Shown here in pieces: positions 25,685-38,989 of a stretch of 64,000 bases of DNA; the stretch's first letter is position 1; each line of letters starts with the position of its first letter. The notes under the pieces were generated by a model. The model did not search any database, was not told where the DNA came from, and was given only the letters and a program-made list of their open reading frames with translations. The DNA lies in assembly GCA_046563655.1 (NCBI GenBank), contig CM102285.1, positions 8,742,001-8,806,000 of the forward strand, written 5' to 3'. The stretch comes from Yuukianura sp. NJ FZ-2021 (taxonomy: Eukaryota). The position numbers and the translations under genes are program-made.

Positions 25685-27894
25685 ATGGGGGACGTATCAA
25701 TCTGGTTCAATCAATTACCACAATTCACGCGCTATTGGTTCGGAGGAACTGTTGCTGTGTCTCTTCTCGGACGATTTGGGCTCCTGCCAGTGCAATATTT
25801 AGTTCTGTCGTACGCTCCCTTCATTCAGCAATTTCAGGTAAAATGGCGGGTGAATTGCAGTTATCCGGCCAGAGTTCAAAGGTTGAGGAGGAGATGGAGG
25901 AGGAAGCTAACATAACCTAGCATAGAAATAAGTAATTAATTTTATAGGATAAGTTTGTTTGCGGCGTCATTAAATTCTAAGTTTAATTTTAAGTGAAATC
26001 TTAATTAAATAAGTCTAAGCTAAGTTAACGAGTAATTTACTTATTATTTTAACATTTTAACAAAACATGGTTGGATACTAGCAAACGGTGCGCAGAGATG
26101 AAAATTTTCTAAGTCCAGAAAATTTGACCCGGGGTCTCCTGACAACCTCAAAAATGACCCCTACAAAAGTTGTCGAGGTCAATGAGACGATCATTTTGAC
26201 ATATCACTTATGGCTATGTGACCACCTGTTGAGGTCAAAGGTTAGGTTTTGTAAAAACATAACCTTTGACCTATAGGGCAAACCAGTGGTCACACAGTCG
26301 TGTGTCATATGTCAAAATGATCGTCTCATTGACCTCAACAACTTTTGTAGGGGTCATTTTTGAGGTTGTCAGGGGACGCCAGGTCAAATTTTCTGGACTT
26401 AGAAAATTTTTCATCTGGGCCCCGTTTGGTAGTATCCAACCCAAAACATATTTTGAAATTAAGTTAAGTAAAGACGAGCGACTGATTAATTCAATTGACA
26501 AGATGTAAGACCACTACCGTGGGTATCTTGTCACTGATAATTATTACTGAACAATGACAAGAATAAATTGAATAAAATTAAAAAAAAAAATAGAGAAAGG
26601 AGATGGAGTTTGTGTGGAGAATGTAAGTAATGGAAGTTAGGTTACCCTCCTCCATCTCCGTCTCCACCTCTGAACTCTGGCCGGATAACTGCAATTCATC
26701 CTTAAATGGCTTGAATTTATAAGTGTGAGAGAGAAGGAAGAAAAAAAATTAAGAATTTGTTACTAATCGTCGTCTTTTGGCTTTCTACTAGATTTGGCGG
26801 CCAATTACTGCACTCTTCTTCTATCCAATTAGCCCGCAAACTGGGTTTCATTTCCTGATTAATTTATACTTTTTGGTCAACTATTCAAAATTGTTGGAGA
26901 ATGGAGAATTTGCCCAGCGACCGGCCGACTATTTATTTATGCTTCTCATCAATTGGACTCTTTCTGTCATTGCTGCATTATTTATGAACATGTTTGTAAG
27001 CGTTTTCCTCAATTTGCTCGTAATTTGAGAAATCTAACCTACTTATGTGTCTTGAATCTTTTCTTTTCGTAAGGTACTGATGGATCCAATGGTTCTAAGT
27101 GTTCTGTACGTCTGGTGCAACTTGAACGCTAACCAAATCGTCAATTTCTGGTTCGGAACACAATTCCCGGCCAAATATTTGCCTTGGGTACTGTTCGGAT
27201 TCAATATGATCATTTCTGGAGGGTGGGTTTGAATTCTCTGACTTCATTTATTCCAAATTCTTTATTGTTGTGAGTTTTAATTGTTTTCCATTTCCGCAGA
27301 GGAATGGCTGAGTTGATGGGAATTCTCGTAGGCCATTTTTACTATTTCATGATGTTTCAGTATCCCCAACAATATGGTGGTACTCCTCTCCTCAGCACTC
27401 CGTCCTTTCTGTAAGCGAAACTTTACTAACTTGGTTTTAACAACACACATGTATAATTTTGATTTGGTTTAAGGGAATCCTACTTTCCGCCGCGTCAAGG
27501 AGGCCAAGGTGAAAACTACTATTATTAAAACTAACGTTATTCGTTTTTTTGTGCACCGTTGTGTATGGGTTAGCGTGTCAAGTCGTTGCTGCCACTTCGT
27601 ATTACATTACATTGTTACATGAACCACTAAACCGTCTGTCACTGGAGCTTGTTCCGTGTCATGTGTTTATTACAGCTTTGAATTTAGTACTATACATAGA
27701 ATGTATTTATAATAATTATCGCTAGTTATATTAATTGTGTAGTTTTTCACAAAGTATGAATATGCTCTGAAGGTGGCGTCGGAATTCCGCCAGCGTTTCG
27801 TCAACCATCGGCTGGAGCTGCACCCCAAGGCCAACCCGCTCAGCGACCAGCAGGTCATCGATGGGGCACAGGAAGAGCCCTCGGAGGCAATTGA
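25685..27894 (+). CDS. DERL1: Derlin-1 (ERAD rhomboid pseudoprotease)
   Basis: MGDVSIWFNQLPQFTRYWFG..FQ|IWRPITALFFYP..GFHFLINLYFL..YSKLLE..RPADYLFML; PMVLSVLYVWC; NFWFGTQFPAKYLPWVL; GILVGHFYYF. C-terminal SHP-box-like HRWGTGRALG. Confidence 0.95.
25848..26701. mobile_element. Non-autonomous DNA transposon (MITE), Mutator-like, in Derlin-1 intron 1
   Basis: ~55-bp TIRs gg(g/a)tgaattgcagttatccggccagagttca(a/g)agg...gagatggaggagg at both ends. 9-bp TSD taaaatggc / ttaaatggc (8/9 match). Removing the element and one TSD leaves a 91-nt intron, typical for this genome. Confidence 0.85.
26069..26441. mobile_element. Foldback MITE (373 bp, almost wholly palindromic) nested in the outer MITE
   Basis: Termini ggttggatacta...tagtatccaacc. 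The two halves are reverse complements over ~180 bp, so opposite-strand ORFs share TTSKMTPTKVVEVNETIILTY. Exact 8-bp TSD caaaacat (26061-26068, 26442-26449). Confidence 0.9.
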
Positions 27895-28846
27895 AGAGTT
27901 CAGAGGACGCAAACAGTTTCTGACTTTTCAAATCATCGTTATATGAATAACGACGCCTGCCTGCAACATCAATCCTTTTGCTGAACCCCATATTGTTATC
28001 TGTTCAAGAATATATTTTACGGGAACCTAACAATAAACATAAAGATTTACTACGAGCAATGAAGAGTGCGTTTCTGGATTTAGGCGTTGATACTGATAGG
28101 GTGGTCCTCAACAGCGGCGGTCGCCGGCCGCCCTTCCCTTGCCTTGGTGTTCTTCTTCTTCTTACCTTTGAACATGTGTTTTCGAATGAGAAAAAGTGGG
28201 GCTGACTGAATTTGCTTTTCGGATTAGTAAAGGTCCTAATAAAAGAAAAGATAGTTACATAGGTATTTGTTTTTATGTTTATTCTTAAAGTTGTAACTGG
28301 AAAATTCAGTTTCTTCAGCAAGTTTTTTTTGAAACGACATTGGAACCAAGTTTTGTGGAGGCCAAGACGCATAGAGACTGGGGTGACACAGTGGACGAAG
28401 TGACACGGACTACTAACAAAATAAAAAGTTTGAATTTAATTTAGGTTAAATCATACAAACTCGGGACTTTTCTTCTAACCTCCTTCGTTAACTGTCCGTC
28501 ATCGGTGTATCTCGGTAAGTAATTATTAAAGTAATCCTATTCCTGACTCGGGATTGGACGTTTAAGTTTCTTTCAATCTTCATGATGATAGAACTGAAAC
28601 TCTTCCAGTTCCAGGGAGAGTGTTTTTCTAGTCCGCTAAGGCTAAACGTTTACGGCTTCCGAGTTTCCACCCCGCATCGGTTTTGAGAATTGAGATGCAG
28701 TAGCAGATGTATCGGTATAATAATCAAGGTTTTTATTTCTTTAAAAAAAACTGTTGGATTGGATCTGTGAAGCAGTTTTAATGTTAAAAGAGATGAGGTC
28801 GTTGATGTTATGCAGTCAATTGCTCGATTCATGATGACGCGACGGC

Positions 28847-29696
28847 TCAATCATCAAGAATTAGAATTCGGAATGACCTGTACAAAACAAAACGTTTATA
28901 ATGAACGAGGATCTGTTACACTCTCGTCCACCAGTCCACCATGGCCTTACTTCATTTTTTGTAATAATAGTACATAGTTCACGTTTTGCGTTCTTTAAAT
29001 CTTACTTTATGAAATCTTGCGATTTTGCAACAACATGTTCAAATTCAGCAAATGACAGCATGCCATCATCATCTAGGTCAGCTTCCGATGTTAGTTCCAA
29101 AATTAGTTGCGCAATATCGTTTCCTGGCAAGTCTTCGTCCCCTAGGAGGCGTCGAATGATTTCCTCCATGTCTTCTGTACCGATCATGTCGTCACCATCG
29201 AAGTCTGAAACGTATTGATTCATTAGCGAACTCAAATGTAAAATGAAAAGTACTTTTGTCAGTCTTTACCAAAGATTCTGAAGGCATACTCTGCCTTTAG
29301 TGTCAGCGGAGCTTGCTCATTGAAAATGGACATGATATCCAGGAAATCTTCAAAAGTACAATCTCCATCTTTAGTAGAACTGAACACCATACAGATCCGA
29401 TCTCCGAATGGATTCACTTTTAGAGCTGGATAATTAAGAATTATTTCCATCGGTAGACGAGCATCTCGTGTTGTCCCAATTACTTCTGGAGCTAGGGCTT
29501 TAAATTGTTTGAAGACGCTAAAATTTAAAAAGAAAGCACCAAGTGAATGAACAACCTTTTAGATACAATCAGTTACTTTTGAGAACGATGCAAAAATGCA
29601 ATTAACTTACTGCAAAACTTCATCTCTGGAAAAGAACGTTAGGTCCTCGTAGTCTGAAAGTTCTTGATCTGTAAAAACGGAGTGACGTTGTCCCAT
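28847..29696 (-). CDS. CIB1: Calcium and integrin-binding protein (CIB1-like, EF-hand)
   Basis: MGQRHSVFTDQELSDYEDLTFFSRDEVL; LKVNPFGDRICMVFS; TFEDFLDIMSIF; KAEYAFRIFDFDGDDMI; EADLDDDGMLSFAEFEHVVAKSQDFIK|SFRI. N-terminal MG is compatible with myristoylation. Confidence 0.88.
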
Positions 29697-29793
29697 TTAT
29701 AGACAGTTCTAAAGATATGCAATTAAAAGCCACGATTAACAAATTAGTTCCATTACGTTTTAGTGAAGCTTACAACACTGCACTCCTGGTCGA

Positions 29794-30202
29794 ATGGGAA
29801 GGAACATGGAAGTACTTCGATTGTATAAGACCATGATGCGAGAAAGCCAGAAATTCGCATCTTATAATTTTCGGTAAGGTTAGATTAATTAGAAGAGTGA
29901 CTAATTGGTGATGTAAGTATAAAGTAATTTTGTTTGTCAGGAATTATGCGTTACGAAGAATCCGTGACGGATTCAAGGAAAACAAAGGGCTGGAAAATCC
30001 GGAAATCATTGAAGAAAAAATGAAAGAAGCTGCTAGGAATTTGAACATTATCAAACGACAGGTAACCGATTTCAAACAGATTGTTTAGCAAAAACTATTA
30101 GCAACAGTAACATAGGTAAACTTAAATTTCCAGGCGATCATTGGTAATATGTACCAGACACACAAATTGGTTATTGAAACGCAAGGCAGCAGCAGCCGCT
30201 AG
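29794..30202 (+). CDS. LYRM4: LYR motif-containing protein 4 (ISD11), three exons
   Basis: Manual splice: MGRNMEVLRLYKTMMRESQKFASYNFR|NYALRRIRDGFKENK...NLNIIKRQ|AIIGNMYQTHKLVIE..*. Not present in the ORF track. Confidence 0.93.
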
Positions 30203-30563
30203 TAAAGTCAAATTGATTCCTTTTCCTACAACCGTGATTCAAACTCAAGTAGAAGATAATAATTAGCTTACGGGTTACTGACGATTTTGACCTTAAGTAT
30301 ACTGAAGACTATAAATTGTCAGTCGGAATTTTTTTGTAAGCGCTTGGTGCGAATGTCCTAAATCATAGCCATTGAATTATCGATTTTCCGTACTGCTATA
30401 TACAACATTTGTTGAGTATAGTAGTCGCTGTCTTTCTCATTTTGAAAGAAAAATATGTAACGTTTTGGCTACAGAAATTATGTAATAAATAAAAAGCTTT
30501 ATTACTTTAAAAGTAAGCTTAAAAAACTCACTAAAATATGTAGGAATGAATGATGGGTTATTG

Positions 30564-33500
30564 CTAAGCCCCAATTTGGTTTCGGAGAAGTCCCAAGCTT
30601 TTGACAATTGTAGGCAGCATTGACATTGACGAGGAGAGGCCGAGCTCAAACATTCGTTTTAAAATAACGTCAGCGTTATCTGGAAAACAAATCCAAGTAA
30701 ATTCCATCGCAATTAAATCCATTAAATTAACATAGAAATTAGAAAAACTTCGTCGAAACGGAATTTTACCTTGAGCCAAAACAATAAATTCAGGAATTCT
30801 GTCCATGAGTGATTCGATAGTACGAGAACCTCCCTGAGCCTTCAAAGCTTGCAGTATGGATTTTAAGTACAAGTTACTGGAGCCTGAAAAACACAATCAG
30901 TTAAACAGGGTAAACTATTTTCCTTACATAATACTATTTACTATTTTGAAGAATAACTTAAGAATACATTCATTCCAAGGTAAAATGACAAACGTACCAG
31001 GGGAATATGTCATATGCTTCAGAATTAAGTTCAGAGAAACTTGTCGGCAACTCTCCAGGTCAGACAGCAGATAAGAATTCAAATAATCCGAGAACTGATG
31101 TAAAACTGCTGGATTCTGTGTAGCTAACGATTCGAGTTCTGAAAGAGCCGTCATAACTTCTGAAATTTTTAGAGTAACCGAATACAGTTGACATACGCAT
31201 CATATTTTTATGAGTAAAACAAAAGAAAGTATGCTTGCAGAAAACTAACCATCAATGTTGTTTGAGTGTTCCAATTTTTCGTGGATTTCGTTACTTTGTT
31301 TCGAACTCATACTAAACGGATCCATCTCCTTCCGGTTTTGCGTCAAGATTGAAATTTCTGAATTGGAGCTCGGTGGAACGACGGACGTGATCAAGTTCTG
31401 GAGTGGCCCAACGTTCAAGTAATAACTTTGCGTCGTCAATTCTCTAAAAACCGAATCAAAATATAAAGTCGTCGACAGTTAGTTTGTTAAATACCAGAGA
31501 TTCATTAAACTCATGCATTGTTTGTCTCACTTGAGAATACTGTAGTTCTTGCCTAAGAATTCCTTCATCTCTGCAGGATTCGACAGCAGTAGATTGTGTA
31601 GAAGGACTGAACATCGACTGATTGTCATTCCATAATCTTTCATGTGCGCAAAATTCTACAAAAAAAATTCAAAAAAGTTTAAGCTATACACAAATTTTAA
31701 AAAATTCAAGGTGAACATTGGACAAGTTACCTCAAACAGTTGCATATAAAGTCCAAGCATTGGCTTTAGCGTTTTAAATTGTTTGAAAACGTGGGGCTGC
31801 ATCAAATCAATGAGACCCAAGAACACTCTGAACGGTACGTGATGATTTTGCGTGTGAAAGACTTGGAAATCCAGATGAACTCGACCTTCCAGCAGAACGG
31901 CCATTAGGGGAAGTTGCCTAAACAAAATAAGAAAATCAAAAGCTAAACAGCAAGTCCTCCATAAGCGGCAGTATTGGTGCCCTTGTACGAATAAAATCAT
32001 AGTCAAGTCTTGGTATCGAACCTTAACAGCAATGATGGATGGACGGAAGCAATTTTTCTGAGACATAGTTCAAACTCATGTGTGACTTTCTTCGCCCATT
32101 CTTTTCCAGGCTGGACATTGGCCACGGCGTTGATTAGTATATGTGACACTTTGTCCAGGACGCAACTTCCACTGTCGTCAGAACACGATAATAATTCTTC
32201 TGGTTTCTCTTTCCAATTCTCCGTTAAAATCACTTGCGGAAACTCAACGTAGATCTGAGATAAAAACTTTTTCGTACAAGGATTACGAGATCTATACAGA
32301 ACAAAAGGCGATATAAATAATTTAGACTTGTACTGTGATTAAGATATTTTAAAAACTTCGTTTGTTTAACCTCTTCTCGGATAATGAATTCATCAGAGTG
32401 TCTACAATTTCCTTATCTTCGTGACAGCAACGAAGCCACAACGACACTCTCTCCTGAAGGGAATGTTTTATCTTCTTTCCGTTTTTCGGAACGAGAGGTT
32501 CCGATTTACCCAGTAAGTTCGAAATTGAGAATTTGGTACTCTTCATTTCGGATTGTGAAATTTCTTCCACGATGTATTCCGCCATGACCAAAAGCTAAGG
32601 AAATGAAACAAGCATGACATTAAGCACTTACTAGAACTAATGCTGGATTAGTAATTGATGTCAATTGGGAAGAAATATCGCGGTGATATTTTACCTGATT
32701 GTTAGTCAAATGGAAAATAGAACGCCGCTTTTGGTGTTTCGGTACGTATTTATCCACACCTTGCCACAGCTTCGGATTTGACACCGTGGAACTTATCAAA
32801 TCGAGGACGGCAGTTGGGTCATAGCTGAAAGGGCACAAATACAAAATATTTTAACTTTCCACATTCAGATTAAAGAAGTCAAAGTCAATCTCACCTTGGT
32901 ACAAATTCAGTTAAAAATAAGTTCAAACACTCTTCCACTGTTTGCCATCCCGACTCATGGGCGAGAACGGTCAGGAGAAATGCACGACACTGTGGTGTAA
33001 CTTCGTTGCGTCCAAATAAAAGTTCGAGCTGTCGGATCACAAAAACAAATCAAGATTAAAATTCAACATCTATTTTGAAAACTACAATCGCGAAACACAT
33101 AACGTAACCTAAAAAAAGAAAGACTCGAAACACTTAAAATTGAAAACGGGTAAACTTGGTATCCAGGAGATTGACCTCCACCAGTATCTCCAACCGCTTT
33201 CAAAAATAAACTTACTTGAAGATCCAACGCATTCTTAACAATGCATGGTTCGACCTCTCGGATGGTATCGACAAGTTGGCCGACAGTAGCAGGAGTAGTG
33301 GCTGCTTGAACTGCTGGTGTTGGCATCTTCTGCTTCTCTTCTGCAACAGAATAGTCCATAGGCGAAGACGGTACTCCTTGCCCTTCCGTTGAAATTGTAC
33401 TTCGACGCCGCTGTGAAGGTGACGACAAGTTGAGCAGTTGTTTCGTGAGATGTCGAATATTCAAGTCTTCTAATGCCGACGAATCCATTGGAGTTTCCTT

Positions 33501-36500
33501 CCGGTTTACATTCTGCGGTCCTTTCGCAGTCAATGATTTGATGAGAAAAGATTTCTTCTCCGTCTTTTCCTTCAATGGAGGCAGAATCAGAACAGGACGC
33601 GGCTTGTATGGGTTTTTGACTTCAAACTTTTCAATTGTCTCCTCTTCCGGTGTGACTAGTTGATTCAAAAGTCGAAAAAATTTCTCTCCTCCCTTTGCTC
33701 CTCGTTTCCACTGGACTTCAACGATTGTTTTCATGTACCGGGGGTCCAAAATGGCTTCTGTCATTTTCTGTGGAGTCTCCTCAACTGCTTTGTCCAGGCA
33801 GTACAACAGACCCCTGCGTAATAAGTAACATCAAGATTAAACAAACATGTATGCATCGTTTTCGTTCTTTCTATAATAAGCAACATTTTCAAAAAACATT
33901 ACGTCATCGACTGTATTGGAATTCCAAAGGACTGTACGAAAAGTACAAGCTGGTCTATATCCAAGTCCTCCGAGGCAGTTGCCAGTAGTCTCGTATTATT
34001 CGAGCGTATCATACGCAACTTGATCCAGTCCGGAAAAAGAACAGCTTCTTCAACAGTATTCAGCAGTAGTCCCTTCGGAGCATATTCGCGCTGCTTAGGG
34101 AACCACATCTCGAGTAGCTCGTTGTACCGCATTTCAGTTACAGCAGTCGGTCGCTTGCGTCGTGGCGTAGTTACTGCAACCTTCTTTCCGTCATCTTGTT
34201 CAATTGAAATCTCTGCATATGATGATAGTAGAATCACAATTGCATGGACAATAAGAATGTTCATGTTAGCCTCTAGACCAGCCTTGTCCCATCTCACAAG
34301 CACTTGCTCGATGCTTCCTGTCCATTGCTGACAATCTTTACCGGGCTCACGAATCTGTATATCAGTAAATAATTGTAGTAAAGTAAAATTATAAAGTAGT
34401 ATGTGAAACAAAACGAGCATTGAAAGTTCCGCTTACCTTCTTCATGTAGTTTAAATAGATATCAAATAACGAATCGTACACTTCTGGATTATGCGTCAAC
34501 AAAGCTTGAATCACAATACATCTCTCTACTACTAATTGAGTAACATCAAGAGCCAGGTTATCCAAGATGGTGTCGGACTCCACATCGCCCCAGACACTCA
34601 AAAATTCAAGGTATCGCGCAATCCAGGCCGGTTCGTTCTCAACTTGAATCGCTTCTCGTAAACACTTAGTAATAGTTTGTCGAACGTCCGAGAAAAGTGG
34701 TAGAGCAGGAATAGTTTCAAGCAGCCAATTGTCATCTAATGATTTCTTTGGTGTTGAGAACATAAGCTGAAGTGCCTACAATTTGCAAGCAATAAGTTTA
34801 GAAAACTTTTAATTTGGATGATGATGATGATGATGGAAAAAAAAATATGAAGACTTTAGCACTTACTTGAATCCCTTGAATCCGACTCTGAGCCTTCGGA
34901 AATGACAATCGACGAAAGAAAAATTCCAATATTTCCGCTGCCGTGTCTTCTGAAGTCTTTTGAACAGTATTCTACAAAGAAAAATAGTGAAAAATTAGAA
35001 TTTCAGAATTGAGATAGAAAGATAGACCAATGCCCATTACCTGCAGATATTGAAGCAACTGCAAGGACTTGGTGTCTTCCTTGGCGACTTCTGTAGTTTG
35101 TGACTTGTGGCCTTTCTTCGGAGATTTGTCACCTCCGATACCAGGAGTTTCAGTTCCCTCTGTTTCCGAATTATGAATTCGCACGAGACGATCTGTCTGT
35201 CCAAGCATGAACTCACACAAAGAGCGAACTGGCAAAATCTCAAAGGAACCTTCGGTGACCAACTCTGACAGCCACGGCATTGACTCTGTTTTCCCTTGCA
35301 TCAAATCCACAAGAAAATCCGGATTCCGACTTCGACAAAAGCGGTAACCAAGCTTCAGTTGTTCGTTAAGAGATTTCAAATGCGGAGTAACCCACGGCTG
35401 TGGTGTTCGGGGCTTCCCATAGGGATCAAGCGTTATTAGCTGTCCAATTCAGAATCAATTAAGAATTAGATTTACGCTTCATTGGTTTCAAAGGTAAGAG
35501 TTTACCTGTGCTAATAAAATACTACTTTTCTCTGTAATTGTGCATTTCGTTGACGCCGCAGCCAAGTGAGTTTCGAATTCCAGGATTTGTTCCTTTTCGA
35601 TTGCACTCAATTGAAGCTCTCTCGAGGTAATTTCTTCAATGGTTTCTGAAGAGGCGATGGTTGGGTAGGAAAAGTGGCTGAAAAACAAGCCAATTAAACT
35701 TAATACTTCTCTTAGCTATCACTGTAATTAATTTATCCAATAATGCTTACTTTGTCATGCACATCTCCATCAGAACCCGGAGTGTTGGCAGCGTCTCCCA
35801 GCCTTTCTTCCCAATGACGGTAGGATTATAAGAAGCCAAAACAAGTAGTATGATCCACACCCTCCAGCAGGATTTGGTTATTCCTAGCTTCGGCGGAGTA
35901 TAGCTTAAAAAGACAATTTTAGATATGATTAGATGCATAATTCGAAAGAAATCAAGTCATATCGAATAACGCTTACCCAATAGGCAGTGCAATATTTTCC
36001 GGGTGTTTGTACTCGGCCAAACGAAAAAGAGTATCAACAAGATCTATGTTGGATATTTCGATTCGCCCTCCTTGCATGGCTGCCTTCATAACCAGCATTT
36101 CCACAGCGTCCAAAATCTCTGCCACGGCGAAGAAGTTATGTTCTTTGGAGAAGCCTTGAAATAGAACCCACATGAACGCAGGTTCAAGAAGTGGGACTTC
36201 GAGGCAATGACGGGCAAACATGTTGCGATCTGATTCGGTGGGCCAGTTCTCCTTGTAGTTCAAGTCGTTTGCCGGATCTTTCAGAATAAACTATGTAAAA
36301 AAAAGTACATTTAGAGTGCTTGAACTCAAGATAAAATTGTCGGACTGCCTCAAAATGGTTCCTTTCCACTAACCTTGTAAAACGCTGCTACATAATCAGC
36401 TTTAATAGGTCGATACAACTTCATTGCCACTGAATACAGCCATGACAAAGCTTCCTCTTGAACTTTTGCAATTTGATTGTAGAAATTCTGTTGGAAAAGA

Positions 36501-38989
36501 AATGCAATTCACAACCTAAAGACTTTTTAAATAACGATCAAGGGATTTAGCATGATCTCATTGACATTAAATTATCAGCCAGCTAATTAACGAATACTAT
36601 TACCGTGAGTACTCCTATATTTTTCTCGCTGCGACTAACACACGCTTCCTTGACACTTGGAGTGAAGGACAAGAAAAGCGAAAATATGACAAGATCAACG
36701 ACGTTCCGAAATACCCGGTTTCGCATCTCCGTCCCTTCTGGCCATGCCAATTCCTGTAGAAAATAGAAAAAACCTTTGTTGGTATGCTCTCAGTTCGTTC
36801 TGGCTGAATTTTAAGAGGAAAATAGCTGGCAAAAAGTGATTACCAGCTATTTGTTCCGCATATAACCAAGTCGCAGTATGTGACTTACCCTAACATTCAG
36901 TAAGCCAAAGATGAAATCACTCAAGTTACAATCATGGCGGCAGGCTCGCATACTGTCACGGAGTATTTGCCGGAGAGCGACAATGAACTCTTCCTTCTTC
37001 TGCAACAAATCCATGAAGATGATAGCAAGTTCAGAGCGGGCTTCGGAAAACGCAGAAAGAACGGCTCCTAGAACGGGGTAATTGGTTGGATTCCTCTGGA
37101 GAGACAACTCATTGTACACTATTTGAACTAGAACGTTCTTCAAGTTCAATCCATCATCGCGAACCATTTCCCTAAAAAGAAAACAGTTTTCATCAAAAAT
37201 ACATACATCATCTTATTCTTCATCAATACTTCTCTTATAATACTTGTAGTGGGAAAAAAATATTAAAAAAGTGTGAATTTAAGTTTTATACCTCATTGCT
37301 ACCGAGAACAACTGTGTTAGTTGCTTGGTCTTCATTCTCAGTTTGCATATTTGTACGATATATTGTCCACCATCCGCCCCTGGTGATCTGTACGACTTTG
37401 CATTGACACACAGATACATAAGCAACTCTTGAGCTTGCTTTGAGCATTTTGGATTATGAAGCCACTGCTCAATACGGGAAATAATGAAACTTCGAACTTC
37501 CTGGAGTCCACAGCAAGCGCCAAGTACTCGAAATAGGTTTTTCGGTAATTCTGGAGATCGCTTTTGAATGATTTCCTTGGCGTACTCCACTACCAGAGAC
37601 TCGACTGATTTCATTACACCTGAGAATCTGTCCAACAAATAAGAGTTTTGTTTTGGGGTAGAAAATGTGGGTATGATTCGGAGCTGACGCAAATACCTCT
37701 GTGTTGGTTCGAGCTCTGATTTATGGTATCCAAGCATATCTGCCAGTTCGTCTTGAAATTCAGACTCGAGATCTGCAAATAGAGCTGGAGATGAACTCCC
37801 GGGAGCTCCGGATCCTTGTTCTGGTGGAGGCAGCAAATCCTTCTCTGGCGTGATCGTTTCGAAAGACGTCATGAGCGTTTCAACAAAGTCCATACACTCA
37901 GGACGATCCACCCAATATCGTTCATGACAAGCATCCTCCAGCCAAATCTATCAACCAATAAAAAGGCTAAATAAAGGCATTTGGTACTTTCAGTATTTAT
38001 GACGTGTGACTTTCATCATACCTGAACAAAACTTAGTGGCCAAGTCGTAACGTCGTCATGTGTAGCCGTTATCATATTGACCCCCAATGCTGCTACCATA
38101 ATAGGGAGATACTGTCCTGGTCTTGTCTTTACGTCCAGTCCGGTACGTTTCATTTTCGCTAGAGAGCACATCGCTTCAACTGCAGCAGGGCTACGCAGTA
38201 CTTCGGCCTTGTCCTTCGCCGCTAAGAACAAAAGTTCGCAGAAACGCACATCAGGTTTTTCCTTTAGTTGTCGAAGACGTCGCAAGCAGGCCAAGAAGAA
38301 CGCCTGAAACCAAACAATACTGCGGATTAGAACTTCTAAAGGTGAAAGTTAAGCTAAACTTACTTCGTTGGTGGCTGCATCGTCCAGTTCTTGAAGTTTT
38401 TCCATCACTTTGAGAAACTTTGCTTCTGTCAGATCCATTGTATCAAACTGCTTGATAAAATATTCCATCTTTTGAGGCTTCTTTTCTACGCCTGCAGCAC
38501 CCGAAGAACCAAATACTGCCGCTGTTGTACTAGATGATGCTGAAGGGAGGGGTGTAGTAGCCGAGGATACAGATGAACCCGACCCGAGTGACTTACTCAG
38601 TTTCTTACTCGGTGCGGCGGACAGTAATGCACTATCCCCTTCTCGCTTGCGATCCCCACTCTTATTAGCAAGACTGCTACTACTGCTACTACTTCCGCTA
38701 GAACTGCCGCTGGAAACTATAGAAGTTAATTTATCAAGCGAAAACCTTCAACAAACAAACGGAAATGAAAGACGTATATTTCCCTACGCTTCGTTGTAGT
38801 TTTTGACGTCGATGGCAAGGACGTTGTAGGTTTAGTAGTCAATGTTGATTTTGGAATCGTTTCAGGTTCAGGCGTTGCTGTTGTCGGAGTTGGAGTAGTC
38901 GGATTGAGTGGTCCTTTAGTTTTTCCTAATGGGATTAATCCTGACATAAAGGATGAATGAGATTTTCCAGGTTTCCTTGGTCTGTCCAT
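30564..38989 (-). CDS. INTS1: Integrator complex subunit 1
   Basis: IWLEDACHERYWVDRPECMDFV; RIEQWLHNPK..AQELLMYLCVN; ELSLQRNPTN; LLVLASYNPTVIGKKGWETLPTLRVLMEMCMT; EKEQILEFETHLAAAST; CRSRNPDFL; FPDWIKLRMIRS; QLVLFVQSFGIP; LRKIASVHPSLLLRQLP; LLEGRVHL. Confidence 0.92.

Noticed and set aside
26088..26508. Two similar ORFs on opposite strands
   Set aside because: An artefact of the palindromic foldback element, not duplicated genes.
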